Source: Ginkgo biloba (lineage: Eukaryota; Plantae; Ginkgophyta). Taken from it: 24,387 bases of DNA. Location of the stretch: the NCBI GenBank assembly GCA_024626585.2, contig JANKJI020000002.1, positions 184,864,510 through 184,888,896 on the forward strand, written 5' to 3'. The position numbers and the translations under genes are program-made. Shown here piece by piece: positions 10,866 to 21,299 of this stretch. Each line of letters starts with the position of its first letter. Positions within the stretch are counted from its first letter, which is position 1. The notes under the pieces are model-generated. The model did no database searches. It saw only the letters and a list, made by a program, of their open reading frames with translations, and was not told the origin of the DNA.

Positions 10866-11828
10866 TTGAAGCAATCTTATAAGAATAGATATGCTAGTGG
10901 ACAAAGTAGACCATGGAAAATGGACACAAAAGTTTTTCAATCAATTTTGGAATCATTTAAAAGAAGAATGCAAGAAATTTGCAAGAATCATCTGAGGGTT
11001 TTACGGAAATGTGTGGAAAAGGAATGTATGGAAATATTACAAGTCGTACACAAATTAGAGGAAGACTTTCATAAAGAAAGAAGAAAAAGAAGCAAAAGCA
11101 AAAGAAGAGAAAAAAGCATAAAAGGAAGAGGATGATGAGGAAGTAAATTTTATACATTAGAAACATAAAGGAGTATAAAGAGATGATTAAAAAACCTGAA
11201 GATAAACCACTTGACCAAGAAGTGGAAACAGTAAAAGAGGAGGCCATATTTGGAAACAAGTGCAAGATGGGATAGATTTCTCTTAGAGTTCCTGTAATAG
11301 CAAGGCCTTCATCAACAAATGGACCAATGATGCATGTCACATTACATCAAGAGGAGATCCAATAGCAAAATGCCAAAAGACCATGACAAGGTACAACATA
11401 GCCATTCAAAGAAAGAACAAAGAACAACCAACAAACAAGTACAAGATCTTCAAAACAGTGCTATTGCCACTATGAAAGAAGAATTACGAAAGAAAGTGGA
11501 ACCGTATAGACCTCCTCACTATCAAGAAGTCAAATGATGAAACTATAAGCGTGCGTCATCAAAAAATTGGTTCAACTTCACCAAGAGAATCAAATCAATG
11601 AAGATCTCAAGATGGAAGAAACCAATCAAAGATGAACACCACAAGAGAAGAGAATGCAAGCATATGCAAATTGATGCTTTGAGGGTAAAGTATCCCAATA
11701 AGAGGTGGAATGTAATGATCCTAAAGAAAGACTTCTAGAGGTCAAGAAATGGGCCTACAAACGTGAAAGATTGAGAAGACAATAGAAACCCGTGATTCAA
11801 GGGAAAAGCATGTTAAAAGGAGATGGCA
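10866..11828 (+). mobile_element. Highly degenerate internal region of a (probably non-autonomous) gypsy element, ending in a PPT
   Basis: A-rich decayed frames with KVEPYRPPHYQ (resembles RT 'VRPYRYPH') and RWKKPIKD (chromodomain-like). Purine tract AAAAGGAGATGGCA at 11815-11828. Confidence 0.45.
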
Positions 11829-12667
11829 CATTATGTCCCCAAAATAATGTATATGACTACGATTGATTATAACAATCATACAAAGATAAGTGGAAGACCC
11901 ATGTTTGTATGGGTAACCACAATTATGTGCTAAGCAAAGGTAAGCTAGGGTTTAGACTAAGAAAGCCCATTTTTTAAGCATAAGGGCATTCAACCATCAT
12001 TTATAACAATAACAAGGAATATTTTGTGGAGCATTTGCTCATATGTGGCATGTGAGTTGCAGGTGATATTGTAAGCATTATTTGCGATCTCTTTGGATTT
12101 TTTGGCATAGATTATTTATTATATGGTGCATGGTTCTTGTGTATGTTGTTGTGTATCCATGGATTATATCAATTTATGTTAAATTTGAGTAGTGAACCTT
12201 TAGACCTCCAAGTATGCAAGGTAAATGAGTGAAAATGAAGTCACCAGGATTGCAAGAATCATTTTAGCGCCAAGTGGTCAACCTAGATAGCTTGTGTGTA
12301 GGATAGATTCCTAGAATCACATGTAAAGGATAGATCTTTAGAATAACAAAGCATCAAGGGTAAATTCCCTAGAGATTTCAAAGGGGTGATGTTTGTATAT
12401 AAGGGAGTGGGATCTCCTAATAGACAATTTAGGGTACATCCTCACTTGGATGTTCCTGGCTAGACAATGAGGGATCATATAACATACAAGTACCTTTTAG
12501 CCTTGCATAAATCAATCATGCTTCATAATCCCAATAGTTTGAAGTCCTACTCTAGGTTGATCTCTTCATAGAGTAGGATGCTTTGTTGCACTGATTATAC
12601 AATTGTTTGAGCACGATGCAATTTTTACATATTGTACTTAGGGAGCCTGTAATAGTGGTATTAGAGC
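11829..12667 (+). mobile_element. LTR (~11829-12654) plus tRNA-Met PBS (12656-12667)
   Basis: Begins (ca)TTATGTCCCC right after the PPT and ends ...GTAATA. Followed by TGGTATTAGAGC (one transition from TGGTATCAGAGC) and then a gag region. Confidence 0.65.
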
Positions 12668-12796
12668 ACACAATTTAAACCCCCATTCTTCTACATGCAT
12701 GTTGTACATAATGAATGTAGAATAGTAGGAAATGACTCTTAAAGAACAACAACAAAGATTGAATGAATCGCAAGCATAGTTGTCTTAGATGAAAAG

Positions 12797-14179
12797 CAAC
12801 AAAAGATTGGAAGACCATGGCTTGAGCATGCCTATAAAAGAAATGATAAAGGAGGAGGAGGCCCTACAGATAATTTTTCAAGTGAAGAACGACAAGAAGA
12901 GAGAGGAAAAAGTGAAACACAAACGTCACAAAATGACTCTTGAGTAGAAATAGATTTGCTAATCTAAGTCACCCAAGCTTCAACCTATCATTGAGAAAAT
13001 AAAGAAATAATGCAGGATCAAGAAAACAAGTAGTTGTGACAATTGCATACACCAAAATTTGATGGTAAGGGAACTAGAGAAAATTTCATTAATGGTAAGG
13101 GAAAGTTGGAAGGCCCTTTAAGGCCAACTATATTTCTAATAGAGATAGACTAACCCTTTCTTAATTGTCATTAAAAGATGCAATAGGTATTTAGTGGCAA
13201 GGCATTGGAAGACAAGTACAAAATGGAGTGAGAGAATCCTTCAATACCAGTAACAAATGCCCGAATTGATAACAAAAAGGTATGCTTTTGGCTAATAATG
13301 AAAGAGATCCATTAATGCAATTATATGATTTATGACAAACAAGATATATATAAGAATAAAGCCAAAAATTAGAATCACTTCTAGCAAAATCACTAGAATT
13401 GCCAAAAACAGTACAACTACATCACTTCGTCACAAGCTTAAATTTTAACATCAAGCATAATGACAAAAGACTAGAAGACCTTGGCTTAAACATATCTATA
13501 AAAGAAATAATAGAGGGGAAGAAGGCCCTACTAATAATTTTTCAAGTGAAGAACGACGAGAAGAGATAGGGTAGTTGAAAGACAGAGTGTCACAAATAAC
13601 TTTGAGTAGAAATAGATTCGATAATCCAAGTCGGCATAGCTTCAACCTATCATCAAGAAGATAACAAAATGATGTAGCATCAAGACAAGTTGTTGCGATA
13701 GTTGAATATGGCAAAATTAGGTGGTAAAGGAATCCAAGAAAATTTTACTTGTGGTTAGGGAAGGTTGGAAAGTCATTTAAGGCTAGCAATGTTTCTTTAG
13801 GGATAGATTAATCCTTGCTCATCTCGCACTAAAAAATGCATCAGGTATTCGATGGCAAGGCATCAAAAGGCAAATACAACATCGAGAGGGAGAATCCATC
13901 AATACAAGTAACAAATGCCCAGATTGATGCCAAAAAGGTAAACTTTTAGCTAATGATAAAAGAAAGGCATTAATGCAAATAGATGATTTATCAAAAACAA
14001 GATACACACAAGAATATAGCCAAAAGGTAGAAGCACTTCTAGCAAGATCACCTAAATTACCAAAAATAGGACAAGTTCATCACTTCACCAAAGATCTAAA
14101 TATTAATATCAAATTGGTAGAGGCTTTAGCAAAACCAAGGACATTAGATGATGCGTTGTTAGAAGGGGTTGCTTGGTAG
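12797..14179 (+). mobile_element. Ty3/gypsy gag remnant present as two tandem ~660-bp copies
   Basis: PKFDGKG...KLE; L*QTRYI*E*SQKLESLL...HHFVTSL; copy 2 SKTRYTQEYSQKVEALL...HHFTKDLNINIK...PRTLDDA. Segment 12797-13460 aligns by eye with 13461-14120. Confidence 0.8.
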
Positions 14180-14397
14180 GATCCACAGAGGAGTGATGTG
14201 GAAGTGTTTTGTAATCCTTATGGCACTCAATGTCACCTTTTAGGGCTTGAACTAAAACGGCTTATATATTTCGAACCAAGCCTAATCATAAAAGTGACAA
14301 GATATAAAAGTGATCAACATAATAAAATATACTTGCTAGCAAATTTCAACCCAAATTAAAAAGTTGACTTTTGTCTCGATTTTCATGTGGATGCTCG

Positions 14398-14592
14398 TAC
14401 AACCTGAAACTTTTAGGTCTAAATGATTTTGACCTTTTGAGCAACTTTGTCTTCTAGCATGAACTCTAAAACTAAGTGGAAAGCCTCAAAATTATCAAAA
14501 TAAAGTTTATTCAATTTGTGTGTTGGTGTCTATACAACCTGAAGCTTTTTAACCTAAAGATTTTTTTACGTTTTGAGCACTTTTGTCTTCTA
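14398..14592. repeat. Two diverged ~60-bp direct repeats (tacaacctgaa...tttgtcttcta) 135 bp apart
   Basis: 14398-14456 versus 14533-14592. Similar to the repeated internal motifs seen in plant TE non-coding regions. Confidence 0.7.
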
Positions 14593-15522
14593 AGGGTAGA
14601 TCTAATTATGTACTAAAATGCGCTAAATTAAAGAAAACATTCAAAAATTCTCACAAGATTCTAAGATTTCATACATAATTGATTCACAAGGATTTATTGG
14701 ACAAAAAATATGGGACTTTTCTATTACTCAACAAGATAGTAGAAAAGAGNNNNNNNNNNNNNNNNNNNNNNNNNNNNNNNNNNNNNNNNNNNNNNNNNNN
14801 NNNNNNNNNNNNNNNNNNNNNNNNNNNNNNNNNNNNNNNNNNNNNNNNNNNNNNNNNNNNNNNNNNNNNNNNNNNNNNNNNNNNNNNNNNNNNNNNNNNN
14901 NNNNNNNNNNNNNNNNNNNNNNNNNNNNNNNNNNNNNNNNNNNNNNNNNNNNNNNNNNNNNNNNNNNNNNNNNNNNNNNNNNNNNNNNNNNNNNNNNNNN
15001 NNNNNNNNNNNNNNNNNNNNNNNNNNNNNNNNNNNNNNNNNNNNNNNNNNNNNNNNNNNNNNNNNNNNNNNNNNNNNNNNNNNNNNNNNNNNNNNNNNNN
15101 NNNNNNNNNNNNNNNNNNNNNNNNNNNNNNNNNNNNNNNNNNNNNNNNNNNNNNNNNNNNNNNNNNNNNNNNNNNNNNNNNNNNNNNNNNNNNNNNNNNN
15201 NNNNNNNNNNNNNNNNNNNNNNNNNNNNNNNNNNNNNNNNNNNNNNNNNNNNNNNNNNNNNNNNNNNNNNNNNNNNNNNNNNNNNNNNNNNNNNNNNNNN
15301 NNNNNNNNNNNNNNNNNNNNNNNNNNNNNNNNNNNNNNNNNNNNNNNNNNNNNNNNNNNNNNNNNNNNNNNNNNNNNNNNNNNNNNNNNNNNNNNNNNNN
15401 NNNNNNNNNNNNNNNNNNNNNNNNNNNNNNNNNNNNNNNNNNNNNNNNNNNNNNNNNNNNNNNNNNNNNNNNNNNNNNNNNNNNNNNNNNNNNNNNNNNN
15501 NNNNNNNNNNNNNNNNNNNNNN

Positions 15523-16690
15523 TTGCTCCAAGATGGTATAAGGACCATATCACAACAACTTGATCTTCCTCTCTTTTCCTTTAAATCTTTCTTTGCAAGA
15601 TAGACACATACTCTATCTCCAACCTGCAAGTTGTGTTTAGCACAATGTTTATCACTTGCTTCTTTTTATTTAACTTGTGCTTTCATCAAAGCTTCATGCA
15701 TCTGCTTATGAATTCTCTAAATATGCCCCACACATTCTGCTATCGTGTGAGACTTGTGTTCAAAAGAAAAAGTGTATAGTAAAACTAATACACAAAAATC
15801 AATAGGAAAATGAGGAAGATATCCTAAACGAGCCTCAAATGGTGATGGACCAAGAGTAATGAAGAGTTTGATTGTAATTATGTTGGATGAAGGGAAGGGA
15901 GTCATCCCATGTCTTGGAATGTTGATGATTATAGATCCACAAAGCATGCATAAGTGTTTAGTTGACCATCTCTGTCTACCCATTTGTTTGTGGATGGAAG
16001 GCAGTTGATCTCATCAACTTGGTGTCCATCATACTCCATAAGCTCGTCCAAAAGTGGCTAAGAAACTTTTTATCTGTCTAAAACAATGGATGAAGGCACC
16101 CATAATGAACCCAAACATGCGTGAAGAAAAGCTTTGCCACTTATTGTGCAGATATTGTCTTTTTACAAGAGATTAGAATGGACATCTTGTTAAACTTGTC
16201 AATAACCACAAAGATGTAGTCATGCCCATGTTGAACAGGGAGCAAACCACCCAAGAAGTACATCGAGATTTATTACCAAGATCTGCTAAGAATGGTGAGA
16301 GGTTGATACTTTCCAAGCTTTCTAGTTGAAAACTTAGAAATGCAACACAAAGAACAAGATTTGATATGTTGCTTTACATCTACTTGTATCTTTGGCTAAT
16401 AGAATTACCATTGGAGATGTGCTAGAGTCTTCTTCACTCCATAGTATCCTACAACTCTAGAATGATGAGCCTCTCATACCAACTGGATCCCAAAACTCCC
16501 ACATAGAACACATAGTAGATTCAGCTTGTAAACCAATCCATCCTCAAGATGGAAATCTGAAATAAAATCCTCCTTTTTAGTTTATGGATCCTGTAGTCTC
16601 ACCATAATAGAAGCAAAATGTATAAATTTGTTACATACACATTATCCAACTCCCCAAATCCAAAATGCTTAGTCTCCATAGCATACAACA
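15523..16690 (-). mobile_element. Ty3/gypsy chromovirus (CRM-like) integrase remnant
   Basis: EAHHSRVVGYYGVKKT...CSLC (HHCC zinc finger), [52 protein letters not shown]...YGPYTILE (GPY/F). Many stops and frameshifts. Confidence 0.93.
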
Positions 16691-16900
16691 AAGAATGAAT
16701 AGGTGGATAGATAGGTTTTCACTTATCACATTGAAGATGGCACACATGGTTGCAAACTTCTCCAAATGTTTCTCTCCTGAAGGGGAATTATCACCTTTGA
16801 ATTTGGGACAAGCATCCTGAGCTTTGTTAGGCACATCATCAAGGAGACCTCCTAGATTTAGAGGGCAACTTGTTCTCTAGGGTATATTGTAGCCATTCTA
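16690..16900 (-). mobile_element. Gag N-terminal fragment of a different (non-chromovirus, gymnosperm-type) gypsy family
   Basis: PLNLGGLLDDVPNKAQDACPKFKGDNSPSGEKHLEKFATMCAIFNVISENLSIHLF fits the 'PL.L...LHDxP....LPKFxG......HL..F' gag pattern. Confidence 0.7.
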
Positions 16901-17829
16901 ATGGGTGGCTTTGGCAAAAGAGAAAGTAGGTGAAGATTAATCAAGTTGGAGGGAAATGGGAGGCTTTAGGAAAAGGTTAAAAAAATACCCTATCCTTTAA
17001 TAATCTGGGNNNNNNNNNNNNNNNNNNNNNNNNNNNNNNNNNNNNNNNNNNNNNNNNNNNNNNNNNNNNNNNNNNNNNNNNNNNNNNNNNNNNNNNNNNN
17101 NNNNNNNNNAGTTTTTTTCCAACGCATTCAAAAAGTTCAATCTAAGATAGTCAAATCCGAAAAAAAAAAAAATCCCTCATTTGGGTTTTGGAAGCTCCCG
17201 TAATGCTACAAATAAGTTAAGCTACCATTTTAAGCTCAATTTCAAGATTTGAGCTAAAACAACCACCTTTTTAGTTGTAAATGTCATTTTTTTTTTTTAA
17301 TCTAAGTATATTGGATTTCACTACTCAAATTGCATATAAAAAACTTCTAATTTGGTAGCCTAATCACTCCATAACAACTTTCAGAAGATAGGCCTTTTGA
17401 GCCATTTTAGCAATTTGGTAGCAATGTTAATTGATGACAATAAAACAAGATTTTTAAGCCATTCCTAGGAGAATGAGTTTAGCAATGTTACTTGGTGGCA
17501 ATAAAAGAAGAAATTAAGAAAATATGGAAGATTATTAAGGAAACAGATAAGGAATATGAAGAATTAAAGAAAGACATTTGTAAAAAAAGAAAGAAGCAGA
17601 CACAAATGAAGCACAAGAAGAAGAAAATGATGAGAAAGAAGAATAAGATTTATCAGAGGTTATTCATGAAGAACACAAAGAAGAGGAAGCAATACAAGGA
17701 AATGATGAAGAAACTAAGGGTCAATCACTTGAAGAAGAAGCTTGAACAAAAGGGAACTATTGATGCAAAGACAACTAATGAGTGCATTATCTCTTGAAAC
17801 CCAACAATAGGAAGACCTTCATCACTAGT

Positions 17830-18060
17830 AGACCAAAGAAACAAAAATCAAGGGCAACACCCAAAAGGACAATACTATAGTCCTAATTGATTCAAGAACT
17901 GCACATAACCTCATCAATATTGATTTTACGAGGCAATTCCAAATATGTCCAACATCAATTATAGAAAGAGAAATCAAGATAAACGAGCAAGTCATTCCAT
18001 GACGAGTGAAGTATGAAGACTTCATATTTGACAATGGGTAGCTACATGCTTACTTTAAAT
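17830..18060 (+). mobile_element. Ty3/gypsy aspartic protease remnant
   Basis: TKIKGNTQKDNTIVLIDSRTAHNLINID matches 'T.KIKG.I....V.VLIDSGSTHNFI'. Preceded by an E/K-rich decayed gag tail (17450-17800). Confidence 0.75.
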
Positions 18061-18073
18061 CTTTATGCAATTA

Positions 18074-18507
18074 TGTAGTGATGCAAAGGGGTTACACTAC
18101 TCAAAATTACCATAAATTGACAAGTTCCACAAAATATGTAATGTCAAAAGCAGACAATAATAGACAATAACCAATAAATGCTGCTCTATCCACAGCAATA
18201 CAATAATATCAGCTCCACAATAATAATAATCAACGATAATGCAAGAGAATGATGACAATATCAAGATAATAACGCAATCAAGATGAGAGGGATAACACTC
18301 TGCTATCCAAGATGAAGGGAGGAAGCACTCTGCTTCCAAGTAGTAGGAGGAGCACTCTGCTCCTACAAATATAGGTTCTCACAAAAGGAGAAGAAGAGAT
18401 AAAATATTAGATACTCGAATTGATTATTAGAAATGATGGAGGATGGCCTTATATAGGCTATAGGCTGGGTGCCTCACACCAAGGGTCACCACCTTTTAGA
18501 CGTAGGC
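18074..18507 (-). mobile_element. LTR-like segment in reverse orientation, truncating the protease remnant
   Basis: Terminus TGTAGTG at 18074, minus-strand CCTATATAAGG TATA-like box near 18450, and three copies of CACTCTGCT at about 18295-18360. Confidence 0.4.
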
Positions 18508-19689
18508 NNNNNNNNNNNNNNNNNNNNNNNNNNNNNNNNNATATTTGATAATCTATATGATGACTTATGATCATACTTGGCCTCAATTCTGAAGGATATT
18601 TTCCTTTTCACCCATGGCATCCCTCCATGATCATCCATTTGACCTATCGGTCTCGACAACAACATCTATAGGTCATTTGAGTGATTTTTTCAACTATAAT
18701 AGGTTCTATCTTGATTATATTATCATTTTCAAGTTTCATTGGCATCATTTGGCACTCAATATTATATTTAGGCATATTCCAAGATTGTCTACATCTAGAG
18801 TAGTATTTCAAATTTTACTTCCAGTTCTAATTTTGTTCATCATCAATGTACTATTTGGCTATAGACTATTGTGGTAGATCATTAGATTTATATTTTCAAT
18901 TTCAAATCATTCCCATGACATATTATTCTAGTTTTTCAAGAATCAATTTTGTTCTTCTTTGATTGGGTCATTCACATGCATCTCTAATTCTTTTGACTAG
19001 AGATTTAGGGTTCTAAGGTTAGCCTACCAACCTTTTTTTCAATATGATCGATCACAATTATCAGAAGTCTTAGGTGCTAATAGATATAGATTCAGACATT
19101 TCTATAATGAAAATTCCCTTGGCCAACACCTTAACTCCGCCCTGTTAATTCTCGTACAGAAGAACCTACTTCTCTGGGCAAACCCTATCCTTAGAGAGTG
19201 GACCCTACACAAATTAATTGACCAGCCACACATATACTAGCCGAGGTGAACGGTGGATAATTCAAAAATGTGGGTATCTGCAAAAGAATGTTCAATCCGA
19301 TATAGAAAAGTCTGCTTCACATTCCCACCACATGCACGAAAATGCTTGCATGCTAGGTATTACTTTAAAAACAGACACTCTTACTCTCTAATAATAATTA
19401 ATACCATTATAGGACTACTGATTTCCACCAGTATTCCACTGCAATTCTTCCAAAACTTCCTTAGTACAGAGATTGTAAAAGGGGATCAGAGTTAGACAAG
19501 CTCCCAAGAGAATCAAGGCCCTTGACGCCGTGAGTTCTGGCTCCGTAAATGTTTCACTGGTACGAAAGCTATAGTTCTTTATTCCCAAAAGAAAATTTTC
19601 TTTTGTTCGGGAATTCTGCTGTTTAAAACCATAAGCATCCAGGGTGCAGTCCAAGTTGTGAAAGAAAAATTGCTTTCTTCAAGTTGCCA

Positions 19690-20160
19690 AGATTTCAAAA
19701 CTTGCTAGCGGACAAACTAGGCCTACTGGGTACTCGAGCGAAGGGAGCACGAAAACTGGCATAGTTTAATTCCATCGCTATTTTTCAAAACCAAAGAGAA
19801 AATCAGCATTATTCTTCAGAAAAATTCAAAAATGCAAACAAACACAAGCTGGAGGCGGGAAGTATGACAGTACCTGTGCCCCTAGAATACAGCTCTTGTT
19901 ATATGACGAAAACTAACAAAGAAAAATAACTATAGACAACGACTCTGTCACCTGTCTCAAGCATCCATGTCAATGGGGTCGTCTGCAAGCAAGGATGAAA
20001 ATGGAATTCAAAAAGAAAATGTAACTACTTTTAGTTCTACAGTATCCTATGGATGCAAAAATATTACTGTGCATAAACTGCGAGCAAAATTTTATGTGTG
20101 AAAGGTTTATCCATGCACCTGATAGAAGGACGAAAAGCAGAAGAATTCAGACACCTGAAG
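19690..20160 (-). other. Cluster of putative small exons of an unidentified transcript
   Basis: Canonical YAG/GT pairs delimit 20160(or 20154)-20119, 19982-19952, 19881-19874 and a segment from 19777. They are separated by U-rich 136, 70 and 96 nt intervals. No recognisable protein. Confidence 0.3.
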
Positions 20161-20304
20161 CTACCAAAAGACAAGCCGTTTGTCCCACCAAACCATTGAA
20201 CTTTATACATGTGAAAGTATGAAAGTCGTAATAAAGGCTAGTTGGAACTCAACAGGCTTCGAGTGCAAGTCACATGGAACCCAACAGGATCTTTGAAGTG
20301 GGGA

Positions 20305-20554
20305 ATCATGGAACCATAAAGTTAGCATAAAATATTCATAGCGACAAGGCCACCATGGTCACATCAGATGACTTAAAGGATTGTTAGTCTCTTGAATTGT
20401 CGAAGTAGAAAATACCTCAATGTTTAGGTTTCAAATGTTATCATGGAACCATATGATTAGCATTAAATATTAATAGCGACAAGGCCACTATGGTCACATA
20501 TGGGGACTTAAAGGAATGTTAGTAGAAAACACGTCAATGTTCAGGTTTCAAATG
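20305..20554. repeat. Local tandem duplication (~133 and ~115 bp copies)
   Basis: atcatggaaccat...atagcgacaaggccac...gacttaaagga...aggtttcaaatg at 20305-20437 and 20440-20554. Copy 1 has an extra ~18 nt. Confidence 0.9.
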
Positions 20555-21299
20555 CTTTTGATAAATTAGAATTTCTCCTAAAAAAATATGGAGTGAACAT
20601 TTTACCCAGAGCCATTTTTAAGTCCCTAGAGGGTTTGTAACTTTCATTGGTAGTTGAGGATTGATGCTATTCTTAGATTATTTTCTCCTTAAAACTTCTA
20701 ATAATACGAAGAGATAAAAATTGTTCTAATGATTTTATGGGAGATTAGTAATCTCTTTGGTAAATTTTTTCTAGTTATGATGAAACCATGTTGTTAGCTC
20801 CTCAAAATTTAAGTATAAGGGCTTATAAGAAAANNNNNNNNNNCCTCTCCTCTAAGTGGTAAGAGGTCACTTAAGAGTTAATTTAATAATATGTTGTTCA
20901 AATGTAAGGGTTAGGGCTCTCTCCCTCTAGATTATAACTTAGATTTTTCTAGATTGAAATATGGAACTAAAGTATGAGCACAAGAGCTCTCTTGCACAAA
21001 TTAGTAAGTAGAGTTTTCTAGTGCTTGCTTGTGAAAGACCATTATCAATGGTTGAAAATGTGTGTACGTGTTTATGGTTTTNNNNNNNNNNNNNNNNNNN
21101 NNNNNNNNNNNNNNNNNNNNNNNNNNNNNNNNNNNNNNNNNNNNNNNNNNNNNNNNNNNNNNNNNNNNNNNNNNNNNNNNNAATAAGAATGACAAAGTTA
21201 CTGAAAACTCTGTATAATTGGGATATTGAAATAATATAGAAAAGAGAAAATCAATCTGCGAAGCATAAGGATACTAAACCATCTAATCAGGTGGTTGTT

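Noticed and set aside
14679-15629. Long ORFs (267-301 aa) in the ORF track
   Set aside because: Almost entirely N. The non-N part belongs to the decayed integrase tail.
17492-17797. Lysine-rich 101-aa ORF as a host gene
   Set aside because: Off-frame reading of an A-rich decayed gag tail directly upstream of a protease remnant.
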